The translations under genes were made by a program, and so were the position numbers. The notes under the pieces are model-generated. The model was not told the origin of the DNA, made no database searches, and saw nothing but the letters and a program-made list of their open reading frames with translations. A stretch of 64,000 nucleotides of DNA from Candidatus Poribacteria bacterium (lineage in GTDB: Bacteria; Poribacteria; WGA-4E; WGA-3G): the NCBI GenBank assembly GCA_963663765.2, contig CAXXUA010000005.1, positions 448,001 through 512,000 on the forward strand. The letters run 5' to 3'. Below, piece by piece: positions 27,518 through 38,473 of this stretch. How positions within the stretch are numbered: position 1 is the first letter of the stretch; every line of letters begins with the position of its first letter.

Positions 27518-28648
27518 ATGGCAACTGTAAAACTGGAAAATGTTACAAAACGGTTCGGCGAACTCACTGCATTAGACGACATTACACTTGATGTAAAGGA
27601 TGAAGAGTTCTTTGTCCTACTTGGTCAGACTGGTGCTGGTAAAACAACTACACTAAGGTGTATTGCTGGATTGGATAAACCTGAAGAAGGAAACATCTAC
27701 TTGGACGGTGTTCGCGTCAACGACAATACACCTGCTGAACGTGATGTTGCCTTCGTATTTCAATCCCATATTCTTTATCCACACCTCTCCGTATATGAGA
27801 ACATGGCGTTTCCCCTACATCCACGCAAACTCTCCTCTGAAGAGATTGATCGGCGCGTCAGAGATATTGCCCAAATGTTACATATTGAACATCTACTCAT
27901 GCGCAATCCCAATCAGCTAAGTGGTGGTGAGACACAACGTGTGGGACTGGGTAGGGCAATGGTGCGAAGACCACAAGTATTCCTAATGGACGAACCAATC
28001 TCAAACCTTGACGCAAAACTTCGTTCAGAAATGCGGGTTGAAATCAGATGGAGACAACGCGAACTTGGTACGACTACATTCTATGTCACACATGATCAGG
28101 TGGAAGCAATGTCAATGGCAGACCGAATTGCTGTGCTTGATTCCGGTAGAATACAGCAGTTAGGTACACCAGCAGAAATATACAACCATCCAGCAAATCT
28201 GTTCGTTGCAAATTTCATTGGTAATCCAAGCATGAACTGTGTCCCGTGTGAAATCTCGTCAAACAATGGAAATCTACAACTAAGTCTTCCCCATAGTGAA
28301 AACGGAAAAAACATAATTGCAATACAGGATTCACGTATTACGAACAGATTAGGTGATTTAGATTTGAAACAGAACTTAATCTTTGGAGTACATCCTGAAG
28401 ATGTACTTGTTAGTCACCAATCGGTTCAAAATGCTTTTCAAGCTGAAGTTTATAGTTTTGAACCACTTGGTGCTGATACTATCGTTGAGATTACATTGGG
28501 AACAGATGCAAACGGTTCACATACAATTTTAAAATCACGTACTGTTCCCAGCTTTGAAGTTGAAATCGGTGAGAATATTTATGTATCGTTTGTTTCTGAA
28601 CGTATACATCTTTTTAATTCAGATACAGGTGACACTTTACTTTCCTAA
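27518..28648 (+). CDS. Sugar ABC transporter ATP-binding protein (MalK-like)
   Basis: GQTGAGKT, LSGGE, LMDEP, VTHDQ, C-terminal TOBE region. Confidence 0.92.
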   Translation: MATVKLENVTKRFGELTALDDITLDVKDEEFFVLLGQTGAGKTTTLRCIAGLDKPEEGNIYLDGVRVNDNTPAERDVAFVFQSHILYPHLSVYENMAFPLHPRKLSSEEIDRRVRDIAQMLHIEHLLMRNPNQLSGGETQRVGLGRAMVRRPQVFLMDEPISNLDAKLRSEMRVEIRWRQRELGTTTFYVTHDQVEAMSMADRIAVLDSGRIQQLGTPAEIYNHPANLFVANFIGNPSMNCVPCEISSNNGNLQLSLPHSENGKNIIAIQDSRITNRLGDLDLKQNLIFGVHPEDVLVSHQSVQNAFQAEVYSFEPLGADTIVEITLGTDANGSHTILKSRTVPSFEVEIGENIYVSFVSERIHLFNSDTGDTLLS

Positions 28649-28672
28649 TAGGTATTTCCTAAGGACACAACC

Positions 28673-28807
28673 ATGAGTTTGCAGCTCAAGTTATTTAACC
28701 TTCTTCCTAATATCATCAAAAAAATTGGATGCCAGTTTCTACGGAAAATTGGTCGTGATCCAGATGCTTGGTTGGAAGATTTCTTGAAAAAACACAAAGG
28801 AGAGTGA
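28673..28807 (+). CDS. Small hypothetical protein (44 aa)
   Basis: AAGGA RBS; MSLQLKLFNLLPNIIKKIGCQFLRKIGRDPDAWLEDFLKKHKGE fills the gap between two same-strand genes. Confidence 0.4.
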   Translation: MSLQLKLFNLLPNIIKKIGCQFLRKIGRDPDAWLEDFLKKHKGE

Positions 28808-28810
28808 TTT

Positions 28811-30445
28811 GTGACTGGTGGAGATATTCTCATTGAATGTTTGAAAGCACAAGGTGTTTCAACGATTTTTGGCATGCCCGGTACACAAAATATCAACATT
28901 TACGATTCGCTTCTCCGTCGCGGTAGTGGAGCAATAAATTCCTATCTGGTGCGGCACGAATACTCAGCCACGTTTATGGCAGATGGCTATGCTCGTGCGA
29001 CCGGTGAGGTCGGTGTTGCTATAACTGTCCCCGGTCCAGGGGCAAGCAATGCTTCTACAGGGATATTGGAAGCTTACACAGATTGTATTCCTGTCTTACT
29101 CATCACTGGACAGAGTCATTCCAATTTCTATAGCAGAGATCAAAGCAAAATGTTCCACGGTCTTGACCAAATGCGTTTTTTTGAGCCAATCACCAAGTAT
29201 TGTGCAATTGCTCATACGTTTGATGAGATTCCCATAGTTGTTGAAAACGCATTTAAAGCAATGCGTAACGGAAGACCTGGACCTACAGTATTGGAATTTC
29301 CGATGGATGTTCTAACTGCAGAGGGAGTAGTCAACATACCGCTTAACGTTGAGCGCGAAGATTCATCTTCACCAGACGAATCCACACTGAACAAAACTAT
29401 TGAAGAAATCTCCAATGCAGAATTCCCACTGATCCTCGCAGGTTCCGCTGTGATTCACACACATGCAAGAAACGAGTTAAGGTTATTAGCAGAGAAAATT
29501 AATGCACCAGTAATTGTCACTCGCTGTGCAAAAGGTGCATTGTCGGAAGACCACCCATTGGCACTACAGGCTTGCTATGGTTATTTGGGACAAGAGGTAT
29601 TAAAACGTTCTGATTGTTTAATTGGTATCGGACCCAGATTTACCTCCATTGATACACAAAGTTGGACATTAGAACCTCCCTCACCATTTATCCATATAGA
29701 TGAGGATGAAAACGAAATAGGAAGAGAGTATCCGTGTAATATTGGGTTGGTAGGGGATTTAAAACTCACCTTGCAAGCACTCATTGAAGATGTTAATGTT
29801 AAGCATAACGGATGGGAGAGTGTATTGCCACAACTTCGCGCTAAGTTCAACAAACAGTCACCATTACCAATTATTATCGACCTACAAAAGGTTCTTCCGC
29901 GAGACACCATATATTCAATAGATGTTCACTCTCTGGGATATGCATGTTTTACAGAGTTTCCAATTTATGATCCGCGTAACTTTCTTCACCCTAACATCGG
30001 TGTCGCATTAGGGTATTCTTATCCTGCAGCTATAGGTGCTAAAGTTGCGTATCCTGAACGTCCTGTTGTATGTTTTTGTGGGGATGGTGGTTTCTTAATG
30101 GGGGCAATGGAAATGGCAACTGCAATGAAATACGGCATCAACGTCATTGCAATTGTGATAAATGATGATGCGTTATCAGCCATAAAAGGTTCACAACGTC
30201 AAGCATTTGATGGACGCACGATTGACACTGAACTACACAATCCCGATTTTGTTGAATTTGCCGAATCTTTTGGTGCTTATGCGAGGAGGGTTGAAGAATT
30301 GGGGGATTTTCAACAGATATTACAAGATGCACTCAATGCTGGAAGACCTGCACTGATTGAGGTGATGATGCATGAATATCAAGACGAAATCATTGATTCT
30401 ATCGGTTGGTTAAATGAATATAGTCTTAGAAAAACATCTACTTAG
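28811..30445 (+). CDS. Thiamine pyrophosphate-binding protein (acetolactate synthase-like)
   Basis: FGMPG, VRHE, GPGASN, GDGGF...ND TPP motif. Confidence 0.92.
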   Translation: MTGGDILIECLKAQGVSTIFGMPGTQNINIYDSLLRRGSGAINSYLVRHEYSATFMADGYARATGEVGVAITVPGPGASNASTGILEAYTDCIPVLLITGQSHSNFYSRDQSKMFHGLDQMRFFEPITKYCAIAHTFDEIPIVVENAFKAMRNGRPGPTVLEFPMDVLTAEGVVNIPLNVEREDSSSPDESTLNKTIEEISNAEFPLILAGSAVIHTHARNELRLLAEKINAPVIVTRCAKGALSEDHPLALQACYGYLGQEVLKRSDCLIGIGPRFTSIDTQSWTLEPPSPFIHIDEDENEIGREYPCNIGLVGDLKLTLQALIEDVNVKHNGWESVLPQLRAKFNKQSPLPIIIDLQKVLPRDTIYSIDVHSLGYACFTEFPIYDPRNFLHPNIGVALGYSYPAAIGAKVAYPERPVVCFCGDGGFLMGAMEMATAMKYGINVIAIVINDDALSAIKGSQRQAFDGRTIDTELHNPDFVEFAESFGAYARRVEELGDFQQILQDALNAGRPALIEVMMHEYQDEIIDSIGWLNEYSLRKTST

Positions 30446-30905
30446 CAATCTGTGATGATAGCTAAGGAAAACCATGTGACTTACGTTTGACGAAAACATA
30501 ATCCTATCTCATAACACCAACCTATCACTTTCTTTGTATTCTGCAAACTTTTCAAGGAGCATAAGTTGTTCAGGCTGCTCAATAGGCTTTTCATGATGGG
30601 ATTTAGGTGCAAAATTCATTACTAACGCTTCAAGCATCGGTTTTCTATTTTCCTCTTTTGCACCGCCGTGATAAAAGTGCTCTTTGGTTAACATATAGAA
30701 TTCCGACCACAACGTCTCAAGAAATACATTTTTCCTGTGCTGATTGTTATGCCAGGTGGATAACGGACAGAAGTATTACGCGGGCAAGGTATCCTCGTCC
30801 CTACGATGTCTACAGTTTCCTAACATCATGTAAGCTTTGATAGAAACTGGACTGACTTCTTTTAATATCAGGATTTCTACAAAGACTTTACACACCCATC
30901 AAAAT

Positions 30906-31299
30906 CAGGGTTATTCAGTTTTAGGAGTTTTCTGTTATTGAGATTTACTGAAAGTTAATACCCAAATGAGGTTTCTTAACTGCACCTTATACATCAATTT
31001 TAGATTATTGAAACATGAACATCGCTCTTTAGTCCCGACAAATGCCACACGCGCATTTGGCGTTGATTTGGTAGGGACGATATGTTTATAGAAAACGAAT
31101 ACCCTCCCCAGATCTTTAGTCCCGTAGGGACGATATGTTTATTCTTCTATGCCGTTCCTACGGAACTCAAGAGAGTTAGATAACATTTTTCTATAAACAT
31201 ATCGTCTCTACGGGACTAAAGACACGGCCAAGATGGCAACACATAAAGTTAACGTCATAGCAAAAAATCATCAAAAATACCTAAAACTGAATATCCCTG
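30906..31299. mobile_element. MITE family C with 9-bp TSD, carrying TAGTCCCGTAGGGACG-type REP hairpins
   Basis: CATCAAAAT on both flanks (30897-30905 and 31300-31308). Confidence 0.85.
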
Positions 31300-31316
31300 C
31301 ATCAAAATATCGTCAC

Positions 31317-31345
31317 TTGACATAATTCACTGTTTAGGATATAAT
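31317..31345 (+). promoter_or_regulatory. Consensus sigma70 promoter of sulfatase 1
   Basis: TTGACA-17 nt-TATAAT. Confidence 0.7.
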
Positions 31346-31366
31346 CGCTTTTAAAAAGGAGTTAGC

Positions 31367-32971
31367 ATGAACTTATCATCCCATCCGAATATTCTTTGGC
31401 TTTCTATAGAAGACACCAGTCCCCGATTTGGTTGCTACGGTGATCCCATTGCGCGTACACCGAACATTGACCGACTTGCAGCTGGTGGCTGTCGGTTTCC
31501 AAATGCGTTTTGTACAGCAGGTGTATGTGCACCGAGTCGTTCTGCTATTATCACCGGTATGTATCAAACCTCTATCGGTACACACCACATGCGCACAACG
31601 CATAGAAACCGCAATACACCAAATATGCCGACACCCTATTCTGCTGTGTTACCCACTTATGTCAAAACCTTCACCGAATATCTACGAGCTGCAGGTTACT
31701 ATTGTACTAACAACAACAAGACCGATTATCAGTTCACACCGCCAATTACGGCTTGGGACGACAATAGCAATGAAGGACACTGGCGAAATCGTGCTGATGG
31801 ACAACCTTTCTTCTCAGTTTTTAATCCTACCGTTACACACGAAAGCGGTATGTGGGATCGGGATAATAGACCTTTGAAGACCAACCCAGATGACGTAGAA
31901 TTACCGCCGTATTTACCAGATACACCGAAAGCCCGCGCAGCGTTGGCTCGACATTATGATAACCTTGAGACTGCAGATGCGCGTGTAGGTAGATTATTGA
32001 CTCAATTGGAGGAAGACGGTCTCATGGATAATACGATCATTTTTCTCTGGAGCGATCACGGGGAAGGACTACCACGCGGTAAACGATGGCCCTATGACGC
32101 TGGCATTCGCATTCCTCTGATTGTGCGTTGGCACGGACATCTTGCCGAAGGAAGTGTAACGGATCAGTTGGTGAGTTTGATAGACCTTGGTCCCACCGTG
32201 CTATCATTGTGTGATGTGCAAGCACCAAAACACTTACAAGGACAACCCTTCTTGGGTCCCAATAAAATTGAACGCGAATATATATACGCAACGCGCGATA
32301 GATATGATGAATCTTATGATATGATGCGGGCTGTGCGCGATAAGAAGTATAAATACATCCGAAATTATTATCCTGAAAAGCCGTATCTGCTCTGGATTCC
32401 TTATCGCAATCGCCATCCTGTTATGCAAGAGATGTGGAGGCTTCATGCAGAAGGCAAGTTGGAAGGGGATCAATTGGTCATGTTCCAATCAAAACGTCCC
32501 GCGGAAGAACTCTATGATGTTGAAAACGACAAGTATGAACTCAATAACTTGGCTGAGGATGCTGCGCACGACACTGTGCTTGATCGGATGCGGAATGCTT
32601 TGACGCAATGGCAATCTGATTTCGGTGATATGGGAGAAATACCTGAAGATCAGATGGTTGCAAGATGGTACCCTGATGGCAAACAACCCAAGACCGCAGC
32701 ACCAATTTTTATTCCTATAAACGGATCTAATCCTGGAAGGGAACCTGCACAAGAAAATGGAGAATGGGAGGCACCACTGCTATTGCAACTGCACTGTTCT
32801 ACACAAGGCGCATCAATTGCCTATACATCAGAACAAGGAGAAGATGCACACTGGTTGTTATATTCCGAACCTTTGCGTATACCAAAAGGAAAGACCACCG
32901 TTCGCACAAAAGCAATTCGGATTGGGTATGAAGAAAGTGATGAGACGGTACTAACCCTCACAGTTTCTTGA
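31367..32971 (+). CDS. Sulfatase (Cys-type) with C-terminal FN3-associated/chitobiase-like domain
   Basis: CAPSRSAIITG formylglycine motif, SDHG. Confidence 0.93.
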   Translation: MNLSSHPNILWLSIEDTSPRFGCYGDPIARTPNIDRLAAGGCRFPNAFCTAGVCAPSRSAIITGMYQTSIGTHHMRTTHRNRNTPNMPTPYSAVLPTYVKTFTEYLRAAGYYCTNNNKTDYQFTPPITAWDDNSNEGHWRNRADGQPFFSVFNPTVTHESGMWDRDNRPLKTNPDDVELPPYLPDTPKARAALARHYDNLETADARVGRLLTQLEEDGLMDNTIIFLWSDHGEGLPRGKRWPYDAGIRIPLIVRWHGHLAEGSVTDQLVSLIDLGPTVLSLCDVQAPKHLQGQPFLGPNKIEREYIYATRDRYDESYDMMRAVRDKKYKYIRNYYPEKPYLLWIPYRNRHPVMQEMWRLHAEGKLEGDQLVMFQSKRPAEELYDVENDKYELNNLAEDAAHDTVLDRMRNALTQWQSDFGDMGEIPEDQMVARWYPDGKQPKTAAPIFIPINGSNPGREPAQENGEWEAPLLLQLHCSTQGASIAYTSEQGEDAHWLLYSEPLRIPKGKTTVRTKAIRIGYEESDETVLTLTVS

Positions 32972-33059
32972 CGAGTCTTAAAGGGTGAGTGCTTTTTCAA
33001 AGTTCTATAGAACCGATTTACATCAGATTTTAGCATTATTGTTGCCAAAGGAGGACTGT

Positions 33060-34124
33060 ATGTCATATGCCGTGCCGATAAACGGAGAAATTCTCCCCGA
33101 CATCAATAAGATGCTAATTATCCGGACTGATGGCATTGGAGATTTGCTGAACGCTACACCAGCAATAGCACTTTTACGACAGAACTATCCTTCTGCGGAA
33201 ATCACGGTGTTAGCACGTCCCCTTAACGCCCCGGTGCTGATAGGAAATCCAGATGTTGACAGAGTACTTGTGTTTGATCGTACGCTGGAACATCGGCAAT
33301 TATCACAGCAACTCCAATTCTATCACATACTAAGACAAGAAAAGTTTGACCTCGTAGTTGCGATGCAAACCGCCACGTTACCACATGTTATCGCATTTCT
33401 ATCAGGTGCACGATATCGCTTAGGTCGTTATCAGAAACGATTCCGTTCTACACTTACACATGCATGGCGTGGAAAATACCAAAAAGGCGTAACACACGAA
33501 GTAGATAGGAACTTGGAATTAGTGCGGTTAATCTGTCAAGGAGAAGGCAAGCGACAACTTGTACTTAACTTGTTACCTGATGAGATTGTGAATGCTAAAA
33601 CACTTCTCGCATCTTGGAATTTAGCTGAAGTTCCATTTCTTGTCGGAATTCATCCGGGTGGAAGTTCCTATGACAAAAGGTGGCCTGAGAAACAATATGC
33701 TGAATTTGCCGACAGACTTGTGCAGCATGACAACGCTAAAATTCTTCTATTACGTGGTCCTGACGAAGCGGAATTGACTCAGAACGTTCAGGATGCGATG
33801 CAGTCTGATGCGGTTGTTTACGCGCCGCAGACAATTCGCGAATTGTCTGCGATACTTTCACACTGCAACCTATTCGTGTGTAACGATTCTGGTCCGATGC
33901 ATCTTGCAGCAGCATTGAACGTAAAGACGGTAGCGATCTTCGGTCCTACTGACCACGTTGCATGGCGTCCGATGAGTGAAAACGCGACTATTGTGCGTCG
34001 CGATATGCCGTGTTGGCCGTGTAGCGCACACAAGTGCAAAATCGGATGGGAATGCACAAAAAAACTTCCTGTTGAAATGGTCTGGGATACAACAACTATG
34101 ACCATAGAAACGAGTCTAAAATGA
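33060..34124 (+). CDS. Glycosyltransferase family 9 (heptosyltransferase-like)
   Basis: GIGD, HPGGS..KRWP, CNDSGPMHLAAA; ATG 33060 after GAGG RBS. Confidence 0.92.
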   Translation: MSYAVPINGEILPDINKMLIIRTDGIGDLLNATPAIALLRQNYPSAEITVLARPLNAPVLIGNPDVDRVLVFDRTLEHRQLSQQLQFYHILRQEKFDLVVAMQTATLPHVIAFLSGARYRLGRYQKRFRSTLTHAWRGKYQKGVTHEVDRNLELVRLICQGEGKRQLVLNLLPDEIVNAKTLLASWNLAEVPFLVGIHPGGSSYDKRWPEKQYAEFADRLVQHDNAKILLLRGPDEAELTQNVQDAMQSDAVVYAPQTIRELSAILSHCNLFVCNDSGPMHLAAALNVKTVAIFGPTDHVAWRPMSENATIVRRDMPCWPCSAHKCKIGWECTKKLPVEMVWDTTTMTIETSLK

Positions 34125-35368
34125 AAATTGCAATCGCAGCATGGGGAACAACAGGAGATGTCTATCCATTATTAGCATTGGCTGAACGTCTGCTAAAGCA
34201 TAGACATAATGTACGTGTGTGCGCACCATCTATCTATAAAGACAAGATCCATGAGATTGGTGCAGATTTCTACGAAATTGGTGTGGTATTTGATTTAGCA
34301 GAATTCCATCAGACGATGGACTCAATGATAGCAATGCGTGACCCTATGGAATCGTTGTTGCTAATTGCCAAGGAAGGTGTTTTAAAAGGTGGAGAAAAGT
34401 GGTATAACGATTGTTTTGAAGCAATGAAAGGTTATGATTTAGTAATATGTCATTCCGTTGACATCCCTGCTCAGGAAGCAGCCATACACAACGATTTGCC
34501 GTGGATAACAGTGACATACTGCCCTGGTTTCATAAAAACATCTGACAATGCACCATATCCGTTTCCCAATTGGAATAGAACGTTCAACGCATTCGTTTGG
34601 AAGTTAGTAAGGTTAAGGCTCAAATATTCGGTTGATCCGCTTTTCAATCAGTTTATCATCTCTGTCGGTGGGAAACCGCGGGCATTTATGGCTTCTGATG
34701 AGATGTATTCCCCGTACCTTAACCTTATCGCTGCAACCCCTTCTCTCTGTTCATCAATAAGATTTGGACCGAAACATAAATTTACAGGTGTTTGGCATCT
34801 TGGAATACCGGATTTCGAACCACCTTCTGAACTCACAGAATTTCTGTCTGACGGTGCTCCACCAATCGTGATTACGTTTGGATCAATGGGAGGGAGTGAC
34901 GGGAAAGAGACAACGGAGATCTTAGTTGATGCCATCAAAAGCACGAATCAACGTGCTATTATCCAAGCGGGTTGGGGATTGTTAGGCACACAGGAGGTTG
35001 TTCCGAATATCTACTGTGCTGAGTATCTTCCGCATCAATGGTTGTTTCCACAAGCGCGTTGTGTAGTGCATCACGGTGGTGCGGGAACAACTGCTTCAGT
35101 TTGTCGTGCCAAAGTGCCATCAGTCGTTGTGCCACACATTGCAGATCAATTCTATTGGGGTAAGTTGCTCTATGACCTGGGAATTGCTCCGAAAAGTCTG
35201 CCTCGACGTAAACTTAATGCGAAACGGCTTGCAAAACGGATTCAACAGGTTTTAGATACACCTACCATGACTGAACACGCAGAGACCATAGGCACACAAA
35301 TGGAATCTGAGGATGGTTTGTCAACAGCGGTTGACCTTATAGAGTCCTTCCCTTTGTTAAAAAAATGA
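34121..35368 (+). CDS. GT1-like glycosyltransferase (sterol glucosyltransferase-like)
   Basis: GTTGDVYP, TFGSM, HHGGAGTT, DQFYW. Confidence 0.9.
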   Translation: MKIAIAAWGTTGDVYPLLALAERLLKHRHNVRVCAPSIYKDKIHEIGADFYEIGVVFDLAEFHQTMDSMIAMRDPMESLLLIAKEGVLKGGEKWYNDCFEAMKGYDLVICHSVDIPAQEAAIHNDLPWITVTYCPGFIKTSDNAPYPFPNWNRTFNAFVWKLVRLRLKYSVDPLFNQFIISVGGKPRAFMASDEMYSPYLNLIAATPSLCSSIRFGPKHKFTGVWHLGIPDFEPPSELTEFLSDGAPPIVITFGSMGGSDGKETTEILVDAIKSTNQRAIIQAGWGLLGTQEVVPNIYCAEYLPHQWLFPQARCVVHHGGAGTTASVCRAKVPSVVVPHIADQFYWGKLLYDLGIAPKSLPRRKLNAKRLAKRIQQVLDTPTMTEHAETIGTQMESEDGLSTAVDLIESFPLLKK

Positions 35369-36330
35369 AGAAGATCCTTGTATTCAGTTTCAGTTTTATC
35401 GGTGATGCAGTATTGTCAACCTGCGTGATCCGACCCCTGCGAGCACATTTCCAAAATTCCCATCTAACCTTTCTTGTTGGTCCCAGCGCGTCCAAAATCC
35501 TTGAAAACGACCTACAACTTGATACCGTCCTTGTCTACGCTAATAGAGGAGAACACGCGGGTTTGAAAGGTAGACTGAAACTCATACAGACATTACGGCG
35601 TGAAAAATATGATCTCGTGGTAAATTTGCGGGATAGTTTGGCTGCACGATGTATCGGCACGGAGCATTGGGGTTTGCTACGCGGAGATAGAGAACGACAT
35701 GCAGTTACCCGTTATCTGGAAGTGCTGAGCAACCAAGGTGTTGATACGACAGATGCACATCCCCATTTGCAGTTGACTGAATTTGAACACTCAACAGCAC
35801 ACAACTTTCTTACCGAAGCAGGTGCCACATCAGAAAGATTATTAATTGGGATTCACCCAGGCGGGAACTGGGAATACAAACTGTGGGACGCAAGGAAATA
35901 CGCACAATTGGCAAATGCTTTATCAACTAAAAAAAATGCATCTATTGTACTCTTTGCAGGTCCGAATGAACGCAAACTCCAAGCACAAGTTGCGGATATG
36001 ATGGAAACACCACCGATCCTCGTCAAAACGGATAATTTACGTAAAGTCACTGCATTGATTGCAGCGTGTGATGTCTACATCGGTAACGACACAGGTCCAA
36101 TGCACATTGCTGCTGCTGTCCGAACACCTGTGATCGCACTGTTCGGGTCAACAAACCACATTCGCAGCGGTCCTTTTGGTGAAAAGCATACAGTTGTGCA
36201 AAGTGGAATAGATTTAGGGTGCAATCCGTGTCATCCAGGACGAAATCCTGGTGGGTGTGGTGCTGGCAGCTGCGCCGTCATTGATGGGATTACGGTGCAA
36301 CAGGTGTTGGATGCTGTGAGTAGGTTATAA
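35365..36330 (+). CDS. Glycosyltransferase family 9
   Basis: IGDAVL, HPGG, GNDTGPMHIAAA. Confidence 0.92.
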   Translation: MKKILVFSFSFIGDAVLSTCVIRPLRAHFQNSHLTFLVGPSASKILENDLQLDTVLVYANRGEHAGLKGRLKLIQTLRREKYDLVVNLRDSLAARCIGTEHWGLLRGDRERHAVTRYLEVLSNQGVDTTDAHPHLQLTEFEHSTAHNFLTEAGATSERLLIGIHPGGNWEYKLWDARKYAQLANALSTKKNASIVLFAGPNERKLQAQVADMMETPPILVKTDNLRKVTALIAACDVYIGNDTGPMHIAAAVRTPVIALFGSTNHIRSGPFGEKHTVVQSGIDLGCNPCHPGRNPGGCGAGSCAVIDGITVQQVLDAVSRL

Positions 36331-36340
36331 ATCTTTACAC

Positions 36341-36618
36341 CATTAGCGTCAATTTATAGTGAAATATACAATTAAGTTTACACGTTTTCTGTAGAAGCGA
36401 TCTCCGAATCGCGACTAAACGCCTTGATAGTCGGGAATCGGAGTTCCCTCCTACACCTGAAAGTGTAAAAATAATTCTAAAATCCACTATAAGAAAATAG
36501 AGTTGGCATTTTCTCTTGTGGGAGGGGTTTTCAACCCCGATTTGAGAGTAAATGAATATAAAATCGGGGTTGAAAACCCCTCCCACAAGAGGTCAAAACC
36601 CTTAAATTGACACTAATG
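36341..36618. mobile_element. MITE family E (TIR CATTAGCGTCAATTTA) with REP cargo
   Basis: CATTAGCGTCAATTTA...TAAATTGACACTAATG, with degenerate long flanking direct repeats. Confidence 0.75.
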
Positions 36619-36688
36619 GTTAGAAAACTTTTGACACTTGACTTAACTCACTGTTTGGAATACCGTCGCTTGCAAAAAGGGAGTTAGA

Positions 36689-38293
36689 ATGAACTTATCA
36701 TCCCGTCCGAATATTCTCTGGATTTCTATAGAAGATACCAGTCCGCGATTTGGTTGCTACGGTGATACGATGGCGCGTACACCGAACATTGACCGACTTG
36801 CTGCTGAAGGTTGTCGGTTTCCTAATGCGTTTTGTACCGCAGGTGTATGTGCGCCGAGTCGCTCCGCTATCATCACAGGTATGTATCAAACCTCTATCGG
36901 GGCACACCACATGCGGACAGGACTTAGAAACCAAAATACACCGCACAACTTACCACCGTATGCCACTGTTCCACCTCCTTATGTCAAAACATTTACAGAA
37001 TACCTAAGAAGTGCTGGTTATTATTGTACCAACAACAGCAAAACTGACTATCAGTTTACACCGCCTGTTACTGCCTGGGATGACAATGGTAGTAAAGGAC
37101 ATTGGCGAAATCGTGGGGAAGGACAACCCTTCTTTTCTGTTTTTAACCCAACCGTTACTCACGAAAGCGGAATGTGGGAACGGAAAGATCGTCCATTGAC
37201 TACAAATCCAGACGATGTACAGTTACCACCCTATCTGCCTGATACACCGAAAGCCAGACGGGCGTTGGCTCGCCAGTATGATAACCTTGCCACTGCCGAT
37301 GCACGTGTGGGTGAGTTAATAGATCAGTTGGAAGAGGATGGATTTGCTGAAAATACAATTGTCTTTCTCTGGAGTGATCACGGTGAAGGACTTCCAAGAG
37401 GGAAACGTTGGCTCTATGATGCGGGTATTCGAATTCCATTGATTGTCCGTTGGCACGGCGAACTACGTCCAGGGAGTAAAAGTGATCAATTGGTTAGTTT
37501 GATAGATCTTGGTCCAACGGTGTTGTCGTTATGTGATGTGCAAGCCCCCCAGCATTTACAAGGACAACCCTTTCTCGGTATACAAACAGTTAAACGTGAT
37601 TATATCTTTGCAACGCGCGACCGAATTGGTTCATCCTATGACATGATCCGTGCTGTCCGCGATAAAAAGTATAAATACATTAGAAATTACTATCCAGAAA
37701 AGCCATATCTGCTCTGGAGTCCTTATCGCAACCGGCACCCCGTGATGCAAGAGATGTGGAGACTTTATGCCGAAGATAAGTTAGAAGGCAATCAATTGGT
37801 CATGTTCCAAACACCGCGCCCCACCGAAGAACTTTACGATGTTGAAAATGACAAGTATGAACTCAATAACTTGGCTGAGGATGCTGCGCACGCCACTGTG
37901 CTTGAACGGCTGCGGAAAGCATTGACGCAATGGCAATCTGATTTCGGTGACATGGGAGAAATTCCTGAAGACCAAATGATTGAAAGATGGCACCCTGATG
38001 GCAAACAACCCAAGACAGCATCACCAATTTTTATTCCCATTAACGTCTCTAATCCTGGAAGGGAACCCGCACAAGAAAATGGAGAATGGGATGCACCGCT
38101 GCTATTGCAACTCCACTGTTCTACACAAGGGGCATCAATTGCTTATACAACAGAACAAGGAGAAGATGCACACTGGCTATTATATTCCGAACCTTTACGT
38201 ATACCAAAGGGTAAGACTGCCATTCGGACAAAAGCGATTCGAATTGGATATGAAGAAAGTGATGAGACTTCACTAACCCTCACAGTTTCCTGA
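36689..38293 (+). CDS. Sulfatase, close paralog of 31367-32971
   Basis: Same length (534 aa), CAPSR motif, highly similar sequence. Confidence 0.93.
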   Translation: MNLSSRPNILWISIEDTSPRFGCYGDTMARTPNIDRLAAEGCRFPNAFCTAGVCAPSRSAIITGMYQTSIGAHHMRTGLRNQNTPHNLPPYATVPPPYVKTFTEYLRSAGYYCTNNSKTDYQFTPPVTAWDDNGSKGHWRNRGEGQPFFSVFNPTVTHESGMWERKDRPLTTNPDDVQLPPYLPDTPKARRALARQYDNLATADARVGELIDQLEEDGFAENTIVFLWSDHGEGLPRGKRWLYDAGIRIPLIVRWHGELRPGSKSDQLVSLIDLGPTVLSLCDVQAPQHLQGQPFLGIQTVKRDYIFATRDRIGSSYDMIRAVRDKKYKYIRNYYPEKPYLLWSPYRNRHPVMQEMWRLYAEDKLEGNQLVMFQTPRPTEELYDVENDKYELNNLAEDAAHATVLERLRKALTQWQSDFGDMGEIPEDQMIERWHPDGKQPKTASPIFIPINVSNPGREPAQENGEWDAPLLLQLHCSTQGASIAYTTEQGEDAHWLLYSEPLRIPKGKTAIRTKAIRIGYEESDETSLTLTVS

Positions 38294-38473
38294 CGAAGCA
38301 GTAGGTGATGCTGTGCTATCTCCGAGTCCTATAATAATGTTTGGCCACTCACGGGTATGAATCCGATATTTTTTTACAATGTCACTGCTACGGTGAAATG
38401 TATGCAATTTCACACTTATAAAAGTGCGATTCTTCCTAACATCAATAACCTTACCTCGCTTCTTACTTGGCAT

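Noticed and set aside
28805-28813. TGA in frame with the TPP enzyme start as another Sec codon
   Set aside because: There is no redox motif, the downstream gene has its own AAGGAG RBS and a typical N-terminus (MTGGD), and I saw no SECIS-like hairpin.
30509-30712. 67-aa minus-strand ORF as a real gene
   Set aside because: No recognisable motif, and its upstream region runs into a partial MITE. At best a gene remnant.
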